DNA of 64,000 nucleotides from a virus: IMG/VR virus record IMGVR_UViG_3300045922_000151, positions 2,803 to 66,802 of that record; one strand, 5' to 3'. Shown piece by piece: positions 17,543 to 27,337 of this stretch (position 1 is its first letter; each line of letters starts with the position of its first letter). The notes under the pieces were generated by a model. It saw only the letters and a program-made list of their open reading frames with translations, ran no database searches and was not told where the DNA came from. The position numbers and the translations under genes were made by a program.

Positions 17543-19936
17543 TTACTTCGGGATAGCTGTATATGGACGCTCTGTTTTGCGTGTGTACGGCGGTCCCTTT
17601 CTAATAAATGGCGAACTAGCCTGTGTGTACGGTTTATTTTTGTGGCCGTATGGCTCTGTTTGCTTCTTGTGATATGGATAGACTCTGACGAAATACTGGA
17701 GTCCGAGAGTCTTTTGATGCGGAGCTTTTACTGTATAAACCAGAGCTTTTGTGATCTCATTCCCTGCATTTAGGATCGAATATGCCAGTGCTTTTGTGAC
17801 TGCCTGAGCCGACTTGACTGTATACTGGAGTCCTTTTGTAATGGCAATTTCGGCCGTTATTGAGTAAGAAAGCCCTTTTGTGACCTCTGATGTAGTCAAA
17901 ACTGTGTATACAAGCCCCAAGGTAATCTCTACGGGCCTTGTGGTGACGACTTGGTATGATAATTCCTTAGTTATGTCAGTTACTGTTTTTACAGCGTACA
18001 CGAGCCCTTTTGTGATGTCCTGTTCTATGAAAACCGTATATGTGATCCCTTTGGTTATTTCGTTGGATGATTTGACTGTATAGACCAACGATTTCGTTAT
18101 CGCAAAAGTCTTGCGTACTCGGTATGCCAACGGCTTTGTGATAGCAGTCGGAGACGGTTTGACCGTATAATACTGCAACGATTTCTGAATAGCCGTAACG
18201 ACCTTCACGGCATATCTCAATGACTTCGTGATTGCTCCAACTGCGAGAACCTCATACTTCAACTGCTTTGTGATGGCAGTTGACTTCTTCACGGCATAGC
18301 CCAAAGACTTGGTTATCGCTCCAACGACACGCACTTCGTACTGAAGTGATTTTGTCTTCGCTGGAGGGGTTACTTTGAGGGTGTACTTCAGCGACTTGGT
18401 GAGTTGTAGAGACGGACGAATAGCATAGCGTAGAGACTTCGTAATTGCGCTAGGCGTGATTTTGACCTCGTATTTGAGGGATTTAGTGAGTGCGCTCGGA
18501 GTAGTGCGTACGGTGTATTTTAGGGACTTTGTGAGTGCTGATGGAGCGGTCTTGACGGTATATTTCAATGACTTCGTAACTTCCACAGGAGACTTGACCG
18601 CATACTGCAAACTCTTGGTCTTTGAGACACTCGTTTTTACTGCATACTGAGCTGACTTTGTAATCGCGCTAGGTGTCGTAGCCACGCAATACTTCAGAGA
18701 CTTCGTGATTGCGATAGACGCTGTGCCGTTCGCGTCGTAACTGAGCGACTTCGTGATTGCGACAGGGACTTTGACCGCGTATTGCAAAGATTTGGTCGTC
18801 GCGGTCTTCTTCTTGACCGCATACTGTAACGACTTGGTAACGCTGTATTTGGTTGCGCTCTGTGGTACATACTCAACGTACATCCAAACCATTGTTACCC
18901 GAAGGGTCGGTGAAGACGTAGCGGTTGAATTAAAGCCAATCTGTGTTGCGTTGATGGCCGATTCCGTCCACGCGCCGCCACTCGGTTTGGTAGTGAGAAT
19001 CTGTTTGTAAATTGGATTCGTACCCGAGCCGTCTTCAAACGACCGGTATGAGTTGATAGCCCCCAGCGTCATATTGCCGCCGTTGCTCGTACTCCCGCCC
19101 TCTTTGACGCGTGTTCCTATTTTCCCAAAATTGGTATCTGAGGTTCTGAAGCGCGCCGAAACATACGCCGCTTTGATAGACTGCGGCGACTCCGGCATAT
19201 TTCCGATCGTGTACAGGTCAAGTCTGTTTGTTAATGTCGTCGAGACGTAATCGGTATCATCGTTCGGATTGCCATCGTCGACGCACTCGTAGTTACTGCC
19301 GCTCGATGCCGTCCATTGGGTTGAATCACCCGCGCCGTCCGGCAAAAGCAAACAAAGCCGTGAAGCCCCGGGGTACTCGGACGAATCAATGACTACGTCG
19401 TCGATGTAGATATTCGCGCCGTTCGCCGTTCCACGCAGTCCGGTTTCGATGTGCGTCCATGACGTCGTGTTGGTGAAGGTTGCGGTGATGTAGGACGAGC
19501 CGTTAACCCTGATTTCGCGCTGGGTGCTTAAGCCGTACCCGCCGAGCAATTCCACGGTATACCACTGTCCGGTATTGAGTGCGGTGCTTCCCACCGAACC
19601 TTGCAATGTTCCATCGCTGTAAATTCCCAATTTGCCGTTCGAATTCAATCCGACTGTTACCGTGCGCACGCTGGACGTTCCGAATCCCAAGATTTCCACC
19701 ACGCCGCTTGTCGGCAGTGCGGCAATGTAGATTGCCGCCTTCAAGTAATGCTGGTTCAATTGTCCATTTCCATAAATCTGTTTCCGGACATAAGCATTGT
19801 TGGTGTTCGCGCGCAATGCGTAAGACCCGCCGTTTTTAATGGACGTTTGTATGGTTGGCGATCCGGTAATCGTAGACCATTCTTTTTCGGCTGTCAGCGA
19901 GTTTAGTTCAAATCCTGATACCCAAAGTCGAGCCAT
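17543..19936 (-). CDS. Fibre/adhesin-like virion protein: lectin-like N-domain, 27 TK(S/G)LxY repeats, PY-rich tail
   Basis: N-domain MARLW...EYVP homologous to 60646-62919; repeats counted in the translation. Confidence 0.65.
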   Translation of the reverse strand: MARLWVSGFELNSLTAEKEWSTITGSPTIQTSIKNGGSYALRANTNNAYVRKQIYGNGQLNQHYLKAAIYIAALPTSGVVEILGFGTSSVRTVTVGLNSNGKLGIYSDGTLQGSVGSTALNTGQWYTVELLGGYGLSTQREIRVNGSSYITATFTNTTSWTHIETGLRGTANGANIYIDDVVIDSSEYPGASRLCLLLPDGAGDSTQWTASSGSNYECVDDGNPNDDTDYVSTTLTNRLDLYTIGNMPESPQSIKAAYVSARFRTSDTNFGKIGTRVKEGGSTSNGGNMTLGAINSYRSFEDGSGTNPIYKQILTTKPSGGAWTESAINATQIGFNSTATSSPTLRVTMVWMYVEYVPQSATKYSVTKSLQYAVKKKTATTKSLQYAVKVPVAITKSLSYDANGTASIAITKSLKYCVATTPSAITKSAQYAVKTSVSKTKSLQYAVKSPVEVTKSLKYTVKTAPSALTKSLKYTVRTTPSALTKSLKYEVKITPSAITKSLRYAIRPSLQLTKSLKYTLKVTPPAKTKSLQYEVRVVGAITKSLGYAVKKSTAITKQLKYEVLAVGAITKSLRYAVKVVTAIQKSLQYYTVKPSPTAITKPLAYRVRKTFAITKSLVYTVKSSNEITKGITYTVFIEQDITKGLVYAVKTVTDITKELSYQVVTTRPVEITLGLVYTVLTTSEVTKGLSYSITAEIAITKGLQYTVKSAQAVTKALAYSILNAGNEITKALVYTVKAPHQKTLGLQYFVRVYPYHKKQTEPYGHKNKPYTQASSPFIRKGPPYTRKTERPYTAIPK
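17690..18845 (-). repeat. 27 degenerate 14-17 aa repeats (A/E)ITKSLxYxV
   Basis: Counted directly in the 797-aa translation; boundaries approximate. Confidence 0.9.
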
Positions 19937-20028
19937 AAAGTTTACACGATAGGTTCTTTTTGATAAGTGATTTGATTTCTAGCATAGGCGTTTTCATAAC
20001 CGCGAGTTCTCCGTGAGTTCTTTAACGC

Positions 20029-20448
20029 CTAGATGTTGTATCGGGTAAGGTCAGGCAAATCGTGGTCTGCTTTCAATATACGGTCATCAGGCAAGATGTA
20101 GTTGTACTGCGTAACGCCAGTCTTTCGGTCTTTCGTACCGAAAATGTACACCTTCACTCTACGACCCATATCTGCTCCTACCTCAAGAATAAAGTTACGG
20201 TATAAGTGAAAGATTTGCGTACGAGCTGGGTCTACTACCACGTCAATGCGCTTGGACTGATTGTCTAGGTTGTACATCACGAACATCTTCACCTTGCTCT
20301 GGTCAATCTCTTTGAATTGGTGGAATATACCGTCATCACCGAATTGCTTTAGCTCTGTGCCGTCATTGTAGACAACGCCCCAGCCCCAGCGTTCAGGCGA
20401 TACTTTTTCTGATACTCCATCTCTTATAAATGTGTATTGCTTATCCAT
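20029..20448 (-). CDS. Hypothetical protein of the head-accessory cluster
   Basis: WGWGVVYNDGTELKQF motif; start re-called to ATG 20448. Confidence 0.65.
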   Translation of the reverse strand: MDKQYTFIRDGVSEKVSPERWGWGVVYNDGTELKQFGDDGIFHQFKEIDQSKVKMFVMYNLDNQSKRIDVVVDPARTQIFHLYRNFILEVGADMGRRVKVYIFGTKDRKTGVTQYNYILPDDRILKADHDLPDLTRYNI

Positions 20449-20560
20449 ATTTTTTTCAGTTAGTTCTATAAACGACAAACCCCTAACTCGTTACCGAGCA
20501 AGGGGGTTGGTCGCATTGTATTGCTCGTTTGGCATTGTATTGCCGTTATTCAGTTGTAGC

Positions 20561-20758
20561 TTACTCCTCTTTCTTCCGTTCCTCTCCTCGCTTCAGAGCT
20601 TGTTCAGCTTGCTTGGAGAACTGACCGTCAGTAAGAGCGGCCTGATGTTCTACGTCCCTCGGCGTGAACCCAGTAGAGCACTCGTGCTCAAGGTATTCCT
20701 GTTCTGTATCAAATCCTTTCTCACAGACCGCGCAAATATGTTTCTTTTGTTTAGTCAT
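20561..20758 (-). CDS. Small Zn-finger-like protein
   Basis: HICAVCEKGFDTEQEYLEHEC (C2-H-C spacing). Confidence 0.65.
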   Translation of the reverse strand: MTKQKKHICAVCEKGFDTEQEYLEHECSTGFTPRDVEHQAALTDGQFSKQAEQALKRGEERKKEE

Positions 20759-20772
20759 AAGTTTAATTGAGA

Positions 20773-21276
20773 TTAAGCAGTCTCGTCGTACTGATAATTC
20801 ATCGTCGAGGTCGACCCAGCGGTATCTCCGGCATCGGTTTGGATTTGATGCACCAGATAGTCAGATGATCCCGTCGAGGTGAGCGCACCGGAGAGGGAAC
20901 CGTCGATGCCGAGGTTCGCGCTTGCTGGTTCTGATGTTGGCATTGTCTGTGTGGCTACGGATGAAGTAGAGGCAGTCGGTGTTGCATAGGTTGCGGCGCC
21001 ACCATAAGACGATGTACGCGCATTGGTTTTGTGAACTGCCGACCCCCCAAGTGCGCCGGTGCGCCAGACTTTAAGGTTGTCGATTTTACTCGAGCCTCCC
21101 ATGTTGGTCACATGGATTTTCTGCCATTTCTCGTACGTGTTGTTGCCCGGGATCACCGGATAATTAACCGGGTTGAGATTGACAGCATCTGTACTCCCCA
21201 TGTTGGTGTTCGAGATGTTGTGGGTCAGGGTTTCCCCTGCACCATTTGCCTCATCTATTTCTACTGTTGCGGCCAT
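20773..21276 (-). CDS. Small S/T/G-rich virion structural protein (head decoration or fibre subunit candidate)
   Basis: First gene after capsid; beta-rich, ends YQYDETA. Confidence 0.6.
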   Translation of the reverse strand: MAATVEIDEANGAGETLTHNISNTNMGSTDAVNLNPVNYPVIPGNNTYEKWQKIHVTNMGGSSKIDNLKVWRTGALGGSAVHKTNARTSSYGGAATYATPTASTSSVATQTMPTSEPASANLGIDGSLSGALTSTGSSDYLVHQIQTDAGDTAGSTSTMNYQYDETA

Positions 21277-21310
21277 AATTTTATATGGTTAATGAATAAT
21301 GTTGACCTGG

Positions 21311-21355
21311 AGCGGTCATTCCTGGCCCCCATTGCTGAGAGCCAGAGTGACCGCT
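21311..21355 (-). terminator. Long stem-loop right after capsid stop (mRNA stabiliser/attenuator)
   Basis: AGCGGTCA..CTGGCTCTCA-GCAA-TGGGGGCCAG..TGACCGCT; no U-tract. Confidence 0.55.
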
Positions 21356-22702
21356 TTAGGAAGCGTCGCCAGTAACGAGTCGGTGGAGAGCACCCGGGAG
21401 GGTAACTTTCATACCAACACGCTGTACTGCTCGGATCGCAAGAAGGTCTTGCTCTGCGAGGTTGATCGGAGTTTCTCCGTCAACGTCGGTGATCGTCGCC
21501 TGGTCAAGAAGTTTGAGACGAATGTCTGACTTCTCGCCGTATGCCACGCCTCGCTTGAAGTCACCGAACATAATAATCGGCTTGTTGACTCCTGTCAAAG
21601 TAGAAGCATAGGTAGGAGCGGCTTCGATCAACTCTACAGGGTAGCCGTTGATCGTTCCGAATTCACCATCACCCGCAAGCGGATTGAAGAGGTATCGGCC
21701 ATCGCCGTCCTTAAGCGTCCTGATCTTGGAGAGGACGGTGCGATGCATAGCATAGCGAGCGTCCACGCCGAGCGGAGTGTTATCCGCGAGAGCAATGATG
21801 TGCTCCGGTGATAGATCAGAACCGATTTCACCTGCGGCCATCTCATTGGTAGGAATGGAGGTGTCTTTGAATATACCCGTCCATACCGTGCCATCGCCTG
21901 AGAAGAACTGGAGGTCGACTTCCTTGTCCACAGCCTCACGAATGAGTTGTGCTACGAGACCGGTCAAGTCTACACCAGAATCCTCGAGGATTTCCTCGGT
22001 AAACGGAACGATGACAGTCAATTTCTTGAGTGTCAATGTTACGAGATCGAAGGTCGGCTGTGAGGAGCCTTTCTTCTCGCCCTCGTCGGTCCAGAAGACA
22101 GAGAGAGTCGAGCCAAGTGCGGTGACGCGCTTGGTGTTCCCCTGTGAGAGTAAGTTGTAAGAGAATAGCTGTCGAGCTCTACCGTATCCAACTGACTGCA
22201 AGCGAATAACCTCGTTTGCGAGGGGTTCAGGGATGGTAAATCCTGCATCTGCGCCTGATCCGTCAGATGAAGTGTCGATCGCTTTCATGCCGAGTTCCCT
22301 TGCGGTCTTGGCATCCTTGGCTATCAACGCGCGGAGGAACTTACGAGTGATATCGTCGTTCTCCTTATTACCGATACGCTTACCGCCGTTATCGATAACT
22401 TTGGCTCGCTGTTCTGCGACACCTTGCGCGAACTTATCGACCAATTGCTTGGCGATAGCTTCCGCTTTGGCATCCACGTACTCGCGAGTGGACTTGGAAA
22501 TAAGACCCTTGAGCGATTCCTCGTCAAGACCCTCTTTTCCCTCGTCTCCCTCGTCGACTTCTGGCTTTGCTTCCGGAGCTATGTTCGCAAACTTTGCGCG
22601 AAAGTCTTCGTTGAGGAGATCCCAGTTTTCCTGGATCGCGCTCTTCTCCTCTGCGGTCAAATCCTTGACCGCTTTATTGAGAGCATTTTTTAGCTTGTTC
22701 AT
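21356..22702 (-). CDS. Major capsid protein, HK97 family, with N-terminal delta domain
   Basis: AGFTIPE, WTDEGEKK, LKKLTVIVPFTEEILEDS, LKDGDGRYLF, IMFGDF. Confidence 0.95.
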   Translation of the reverse strand: MNKLKNALNKAVKDLTAEEKSAIQENWDLLNEDFRAKFANIAPEAKPEVDEGDEGKEGLDEESLKGLISKSTREYVDAKAEAIAKQLVDKFAQGVAEQRAKVIDNGGKRIGNKENDDITRKFLRALIAKDAKTARELGMKAIDTSSDGSGADAGFTIPEPLANEVIRLQSVGYGRARQLFSYNLLSQGNTKRVTALGSTLSVFWTDEGEKKGSSQPTFDLVTLTLKKLTVIVPFTEEILEDSGVDLTGLVAQLIREAVDKEVDLQFFSGDGTVWTGIFKDTSIPTNEMAAGEIGSDLSPEHIIALADNTPLGVDARYAMHRTVLSKIRTLKDGDGRYLFNPLAGDGEFGTINGYPVELIEAAPTYASTLTGVNKPIIMFGDFKRGVAYGEKSDIRLKLLDQATITDVDGETPINLAEQDLLAIRAVQRVGMKVTLPGALHRLVTGDAS

Positions 22703-22715
22703 GGCTAATGTAGGG

Positions 22716-23606
22716 TTATGCCATCGGACTCTTTTTTAAGAGAGACCTGATGACTCTGTTAATATCCCGATTCGAGTATCTTTTTTTGCGGCCCTGGTTC
22801 TCAGGGGATGCATCGACCTTGCTACCTTTGGTATCCGCTTCCGGTGCGTTTAGGCGACTCGTGAGTTCCTTGACTGCACCTTTGATAGTTTCACTTTTAC
22901 TCTTACACAAAACTTCCAATGCCGATTTCACTTCATCTTCCGTCGGTTCCTTTTCTTCCGGCTTGTCCGGCTCTGCCGTTTCTATCGGCACTTCTTTCGG
23001 AGCTTCCGGCTCCTCCGGAGTTGCTTCCGGTTCGACCTCCTCTTTCGGCTTTTCTTCCGGAAAGACTTGTTCACCCAGGTTTTTGAATCGATCTGAGTTT
23101 CTGTGAGTGTGGGAGAGTCTGTTTACCACCTCGATGTCGAGGCCTTTCGATTTTGCTTTCGCTAATGCTTCGGCGTTTGCCGGGACATTGACGATTGAGA
23201 ATTCGAACAGTTCGTTTTCAAGGAGCGTGATGATATCTGATTTTTCATCATACATCCATTTTATGTTCATGAACCCTACCGATCCGGCGTTCAGGTATTC
23301 TCCTGCAACGAGGTCAAATATCTTGGCGGCATCTGGGTTTTCTTTATATGCAAATTGAACGACTCCCTCGAGATTGCCGTTGACGACGCCCAGTTCTACC
23401 ATCTTCCCGATTGCGGGAATGCTCTGATCATGAGCCCAGAGAACGACGGGATTCTTAAGATAGTTTGTCAGTATCCATCCTTTCTGATCGATGATCTCTC
23501 CATGCCTGTCAACGGATGGGGTTGACAGCACAAATCGAATCTGGAAGTTTTCCCTATTCACTTCCTTGACTTGAATTGTTTGTGGTGAGTACCTCTTGTT
23601 CTTCAT
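22716..23606 (-). CDS. HK97-type prohead protease
   Basis: STPSVDRHGEII, NPVVLWAHD, SVGF, LFEFSIVNVPANAEA; start re-called to ATG 23606. Confidence 0.92.
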   Translation of the reverse strand: MKNKRYSPQTIQVKEVNRENFQIRFVLSTPSVDRHGEIIDQKGWILTNYLKNPVVLWAHDQSIPAIGKMVELGVVNGNLEGVVQFAYKENPDAAKIFDLVAGEYLNAGSVGFMNIKWMYDEKSDIITLLENELFEFSIVNVPANAEALAKAKSKGLDIEVVNRLSHTHRNSDRFKNLGEQVFPEEKPKEEVEPEATPEEPEAPKEVPIETAEPDKPEEKEPTEDEVKSALEVLCKSKSETIKGAVKELTSRLNAPEADTKGSKVDASPENQGRKKRYSNRDINRVIRSLLKKSPMA

Positions 23607-23644
23607 AGTTTTATTGTAGCATGGTTTAACTTGTAAAGGGAGTA

Positions 23645-25777
23645 CTACTCCTTGAATGCCGGTGCCAACACACACCTGCAATTGATAGTCTCGGCCGGAT
23701 CGGCTCCGGGATCACCGGGATAGTCGAGTCCGTTTGAGAACGACTCCTCGAGTCCCACGATCTCTCCGTCGGTTTCGGCATGACTGTCTCTAGTGCGGTT
23801 GTCAAGGGTTGCGATCCACTCTTTTGCATTGGCTACACCGCTCTGCTGATAGCTTTCTATGAACCCTTTGTTGTTCGCGGCCGTCGTTTCGGTCCTGGCG
23901 ATAGTCTCCGCCCGATAGACCGGGAACTCCTCGTAGACGAGGTTCACGCGGTCAGTCAATTTGGCAATGCCCTCTCCATTGGCTATACCCTCCGCGAGGG
24001 TGTTGACCAACTTATCCACAGTTGTGTTGTTCACATTGTCCGCGAGTTCTTTTGCCCGTTCCTTGATGTACTTCTGGATTCGTTCAGTCAGCGTGAACTC
24101 CTCGGCCGGTGCTATCGTCTGCATCGCTTCTTTTCCTGCACTCTCCACGAACTCGGTAATGAATGGGATCGAGAGTTCGGCAAACAATTTGTTCTCGCTT
24201 TTCTTGTCGAAGATGTCGCTCGCTAACGACTTCGATTCTCCCTTTGCGATTTTTCCGAGCTTGGCTACCACTCTCTTTTTTTGTTCCTCAGAGAACTTCA
24301 CGATCTCTGGTTTGAAGCGGTCTGTCTTTGCGTCTATGGCCTTGAGCACGTAATCCGCGTACTGATTCCTGATCTCCGCTTTTATAAGAGGCTTGCCGTT
24401 TTGCTTTTCATGCTTGATGTCTTTGATGATGCCTTTTATCATCACGTCCGCGATCTGTTCTTTGAGTTCGATAAAGTCATACGCCTTTTTGCGTCCTCGG
24501 AATATCTTGCGATTGTCGATCTTCTTCGCCTTGTTTCCTTTCTGCGGAAGACCACCGACTGCAACGTTTGAGAGAGGCATGTACAAAGACCACCCGCCTA
24601 CTATCGGAGGCAGTCCGAGTTCCTCTCTCACTTCGTTGATGAGCTTGGTCCCGCTTGCGAGATGTATCTGATTCACTTCCGCCTGATTCTTGTCGTCGGT
24701 CGGAATGAATGACTTGTCGTATTCGATGAAGTAAATGTCGCCCCACTCCGGATAGATGAGGTGTTCGTTCAGCTTCTCTGTTATCCGAATGATTTCCGGC
24801 TCGATGGTTTCTTTGAGGAATATCTCCATCGCCGTTTTTGCGTTTGCGTAGTTCACGTCCTCGGTGATGGCGATGATCGGCTTCGGAACAGCAAACGCGG
24901 TCAGGATATCGTCGCGAGTCATCTTGAGTGATTCGATGTAGTCCATCTCTCTTTGCGAGATTGAGACCTGCTGATACTTGAGACCCATTTCGAGGAACGC
25001 ACCACGTCCGGCTTTCATTACGCCCTTGTGCTTTTTGTCCCAGTCCTCTTTGATCTCGTCTTTTTGTTTCTGAGAGATTTTATCATCCGATGATAATATG
25101 AAATCCGGCCGAGCGTTGTTCTGGAAGAAGTACCGCTGATACTTTGTTGCGAACTCCTCTGTCTCCACGCGCACTTCTGCGGCCTGTAAAATCGAAAGAC
25201 CACCGTACTCATCGAGCGGTGATGGTGTTGCGTCGTAGATGATATCTTCCGGCGCGAACACGATCGTCTTGTCTTGCGTTGTGAACTCGTACCCTTTTAT
25301 AAAAAGCTGTTTGTCTTTGATGATCGTGACGTAGTCCGGTCGCAGGTTCCACATCTCCACCACCTTGCTTCCCGGTCCCGCCTGACGCACCTTGAGCACG
25401 AATGACTGCCCCGTGAGCAGTTTGTTGATCATGTACTTCTCGAAGAACTCTGTCTTTGTTTGAAATGGATTCGGCCGATAGAGCAGGTCGAGTGCCTCAT
25501 GCACGAATATCTCGATCTTGTCCCCAAGCTTGTTTTTGATCTTGAATAACTCCCAGTCTATGCTTGCCGTCTTTTGCGCGATCTTCGATACGCACCGGAA
25601 CACATACAGCGATTTTTGATAAGCCTTGAGTTGTTTCGTCTTACCCCATGATCCGTCCCACGATATAAATTGCCCGCCTAAATCCGGGAGCGCAACACCG
25701 AGCTCGTCGTCGTCCTCGAACATCTTTGTCGATGTGATGTTCTTCCATGCGCGTTTTAGAGTTTGTAGCATTCCCAT
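23645..25777 (-). CDS. HK97-type portal fused to Mu gpF-like head morphogenesis domain
   Basis: LLYRPNPFQT, WNLRPD, NEVREELGLPPIVGG, then RAETIARTET, KEWIATLDNRTRDSH and INCRC. Confidence 0.92.
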   Translation of the reverse strand: MGMLQTLKRAWKNITSTKMFEDDDELGVALPDLGGQFISWDGSWGKTKQLKAYQKSLYVFRCVSKIAQKTASIDWELFKIKNKLGDKIEIFVHEALDLLYRPNPFQTKTEFFEKYMINKLLTGQSFVLKVRQAGPGSKVVEMWNLRPDYVTIIKDKQLFIKGYEFTTQDKTIVFAPEDIIYDATPSPLDEYGGLSILQAAEVRVETEEFATKYQRYFFQNNARPDFILSSDDKISQKQKDEIKEDWDKKHKGVMKAGRGAFLEMGLKYQQVSISQREMDYIESLKMTRDDILTAFAVPKPIIAITEDVNYANAKTAMEIFLKETIEPEIIRITEKLNEHLIYPEWGDIYFIEYDKSFIPTDDKNQAEVNQIHLASGTKLINEVREELGLPPIVGGWSLYMPLSNVAVGGLPQKGNKAKKIDNRKIFRGRKKAYDFIELKEQIADVMIKGIIKDIKHEKQNGKPLIKAEIRNQYADYVLKAIDAKTDRFKPEIVKFSEEQKKRVVAKLGKIAKGESKSLASDIFDKKSENKLFAELSIPFITEFVESAGKEAMQTIAPAEEFTLTERIQKYIKERAKELADNVNNTTVDKLVNTLAEGIANGEGIAKLTDRVNLVYEEFPVYRAETIARTETTAANNKGFIESYQQSGVANAKEWIATLDNRTRDSHAETDGEIVGLEESFSNGLDYPGDPGADPAETINCRCVLAPAFKE

Positions 25778-25810
25778 GTTGTTTTAATTATAGCATAAAT
25801 TTGTTGTCAA

Positions 25811-27337
25811 CTACCATTCCTCGTAATTGCCGTGACCGCCTTTCATCATTTGGAGTGCGATGCCTCGCGAGAATACTCTGTCGTCGTGCTTTCCGTTCGG
25901 ATGCTCTGGTCTATTTTTTTCATTGTACACCATATTGCGAGCTTCGTCCTCCGCTTCGGGATACGTTTCTATCAGTTCTTCTTTTCGATATGCCTCCTCC
26001 AAGTCCGTGATGAGCAGTGTTCGTGTGGTTCCGGTCGTATTCCATCGTTTGAACCATAGGTTGTCGTACATGTCCCGTTGCAAGTCCCGGAGTTTCTGCA
26101 CCATTGCCACCCCGACACCTTGTTCCTCAACTCCCAGATACACGTCGAATACCTGGCATATCTTCGCTACTTTCAGAGCAAAGACATCGATTGGCTCGTT
26201 GGAAGTGTACTCGTAGATGACCACTGACTTTCCTGCGGCGGCGTCCGGCTCTATCACCGAGAAGCAGTGCGCGTCGCCCGTAAGTATACCCTCTGCCGGA
26301 TCGAGTCCTGCATAGAGCGTCTTTGATTTCGTCCCTTTGTTTTTGTCCCCGAGTAATCGCCGACGATCCACCTCCCGCATTTTCGAGATGTCGTCGAGTG
26401 GTATGCGTTTCGTGATATCCGTCTTTATGTGCTTGAACACCGAGCGTCCGGATTGCAGGAAGCACGACACGTCGTCCTCCGGATACTCCTGGAAGAACAG
26501 ATCACCCTTGTCCCATATCTTGTACCTTCTCCACTTGATCTGCCCGACCGTGAGTGTCATGTCGTACTCCTGCTTCACTCTGTTTATCAAATCTTTTTCT
26601 TCGTCTGTGTATTGAAAATCCTCCTCTGGAATGTTGAAGAGTTCCTGCGTCGCCACCGAGAGACCAGCTTTTTCTTCGTCCGTCATCTGCGTCGAGTCGT
26701 ACTCCTCGTTCAGATACCATGGTATAAAAATTGGTGTGTACGGAGAGAATCCCGCTTTCGCTCTCTGCCACATATCATAAAACTCCTCTCGTCCGTTTGG
26801 TGTAGTCTCGATATCTATTTGCCCGTACTCCGCGGCCTCTGTGATGCCTGCGAGAATGATTTTGAGGTTCGGATAGAACGCGGCCTCCGAGAGATGTGCC
26901 CGGTCCACCGTGTCTCCTCGTCCGAATGCTTTCTGTCCGGCTGTCCCTATGAAGTAACTAGACCCTCGCTTCGGGAACTTCATCTCCGACTTCGAGTCGA
27001 TGGAGAGTTCCGGCTTTACTTCCATATTGTCCACGAAGAACTTCACGGCGGAGAACAGACGCTTTGTCGCTTCCTTTTCGTGACTGATCACGACGGCGTT
27101 GGTGCTTTTCTTTATGCAGTCGATGAGCTGATCAGCGTCGATCTCTTTTGAGATGCCTTGCTGACGCCCTTTGAGTATCAAATTGCGACGAGTCTTTTTT
27201 TTGCGGTACTCCTGTTGTGACCGGTTCGCTTTGAACGGCACGATCTGCCCGCGCTTATTTCGTATCTTGAGGAGCTTCTCCTTGAGCACATCGTTCGATG
27301 GCATCCGTTTGACTCTCTCCTGTTGGTTCGTTTCCAT
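25811..27337 (-). CDS. terL: Terminase large subunit
   Basis: ILKGRQQGIS (Walker A), HLSEAAF (Walker B), ETTPNG, AGLDPAEG, KHDDRVFS. Confidence 0.93.
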   Translation of the reverse strand: METNQQERVKRMPSNDVLKEKLLKIRNKRGQIVPFKANRSQQEYRKKKTRRNLILKGRQQGISKEIDADQLIDCIKKSTNAVVISHEKEATKRLFSAVKFFVDNMEVKPELSIDSKSEMKFPKRGSSYFIGTAGQKAFGRGDTVDRAHLSEAAFYPNLKIILAGITEAAEYGQIDIETTPNGREEFYDMWQRAKAGFSPYTPIFIPWYLNEEYDSTQMTDEEKAGLSVATQELFNIPEEDFQYTDEEKDLINRVKQEYDMTLTVGQIKWRRYKIWDKGDLFFQEYPEDDVSCFLQSGRSVFKHIKTDITKRIPLDDISKMREVDRRRLLGDKNKGTKSKTLYAGLDPAEGILTGDAHCFSVIEPDAAAGKSVVIYEYTSNEPIDVFALKVAKICQVFDVYLGVEEQGVGVAMVQKLRDLQRDMYDNLWFKRWNTTGTTRTLLITDLEEAYRKEELIETYPEAEDEARNMVYNEKNRPEHPNGKHDDRVFSRGIALQMMKGGHGNYEEW

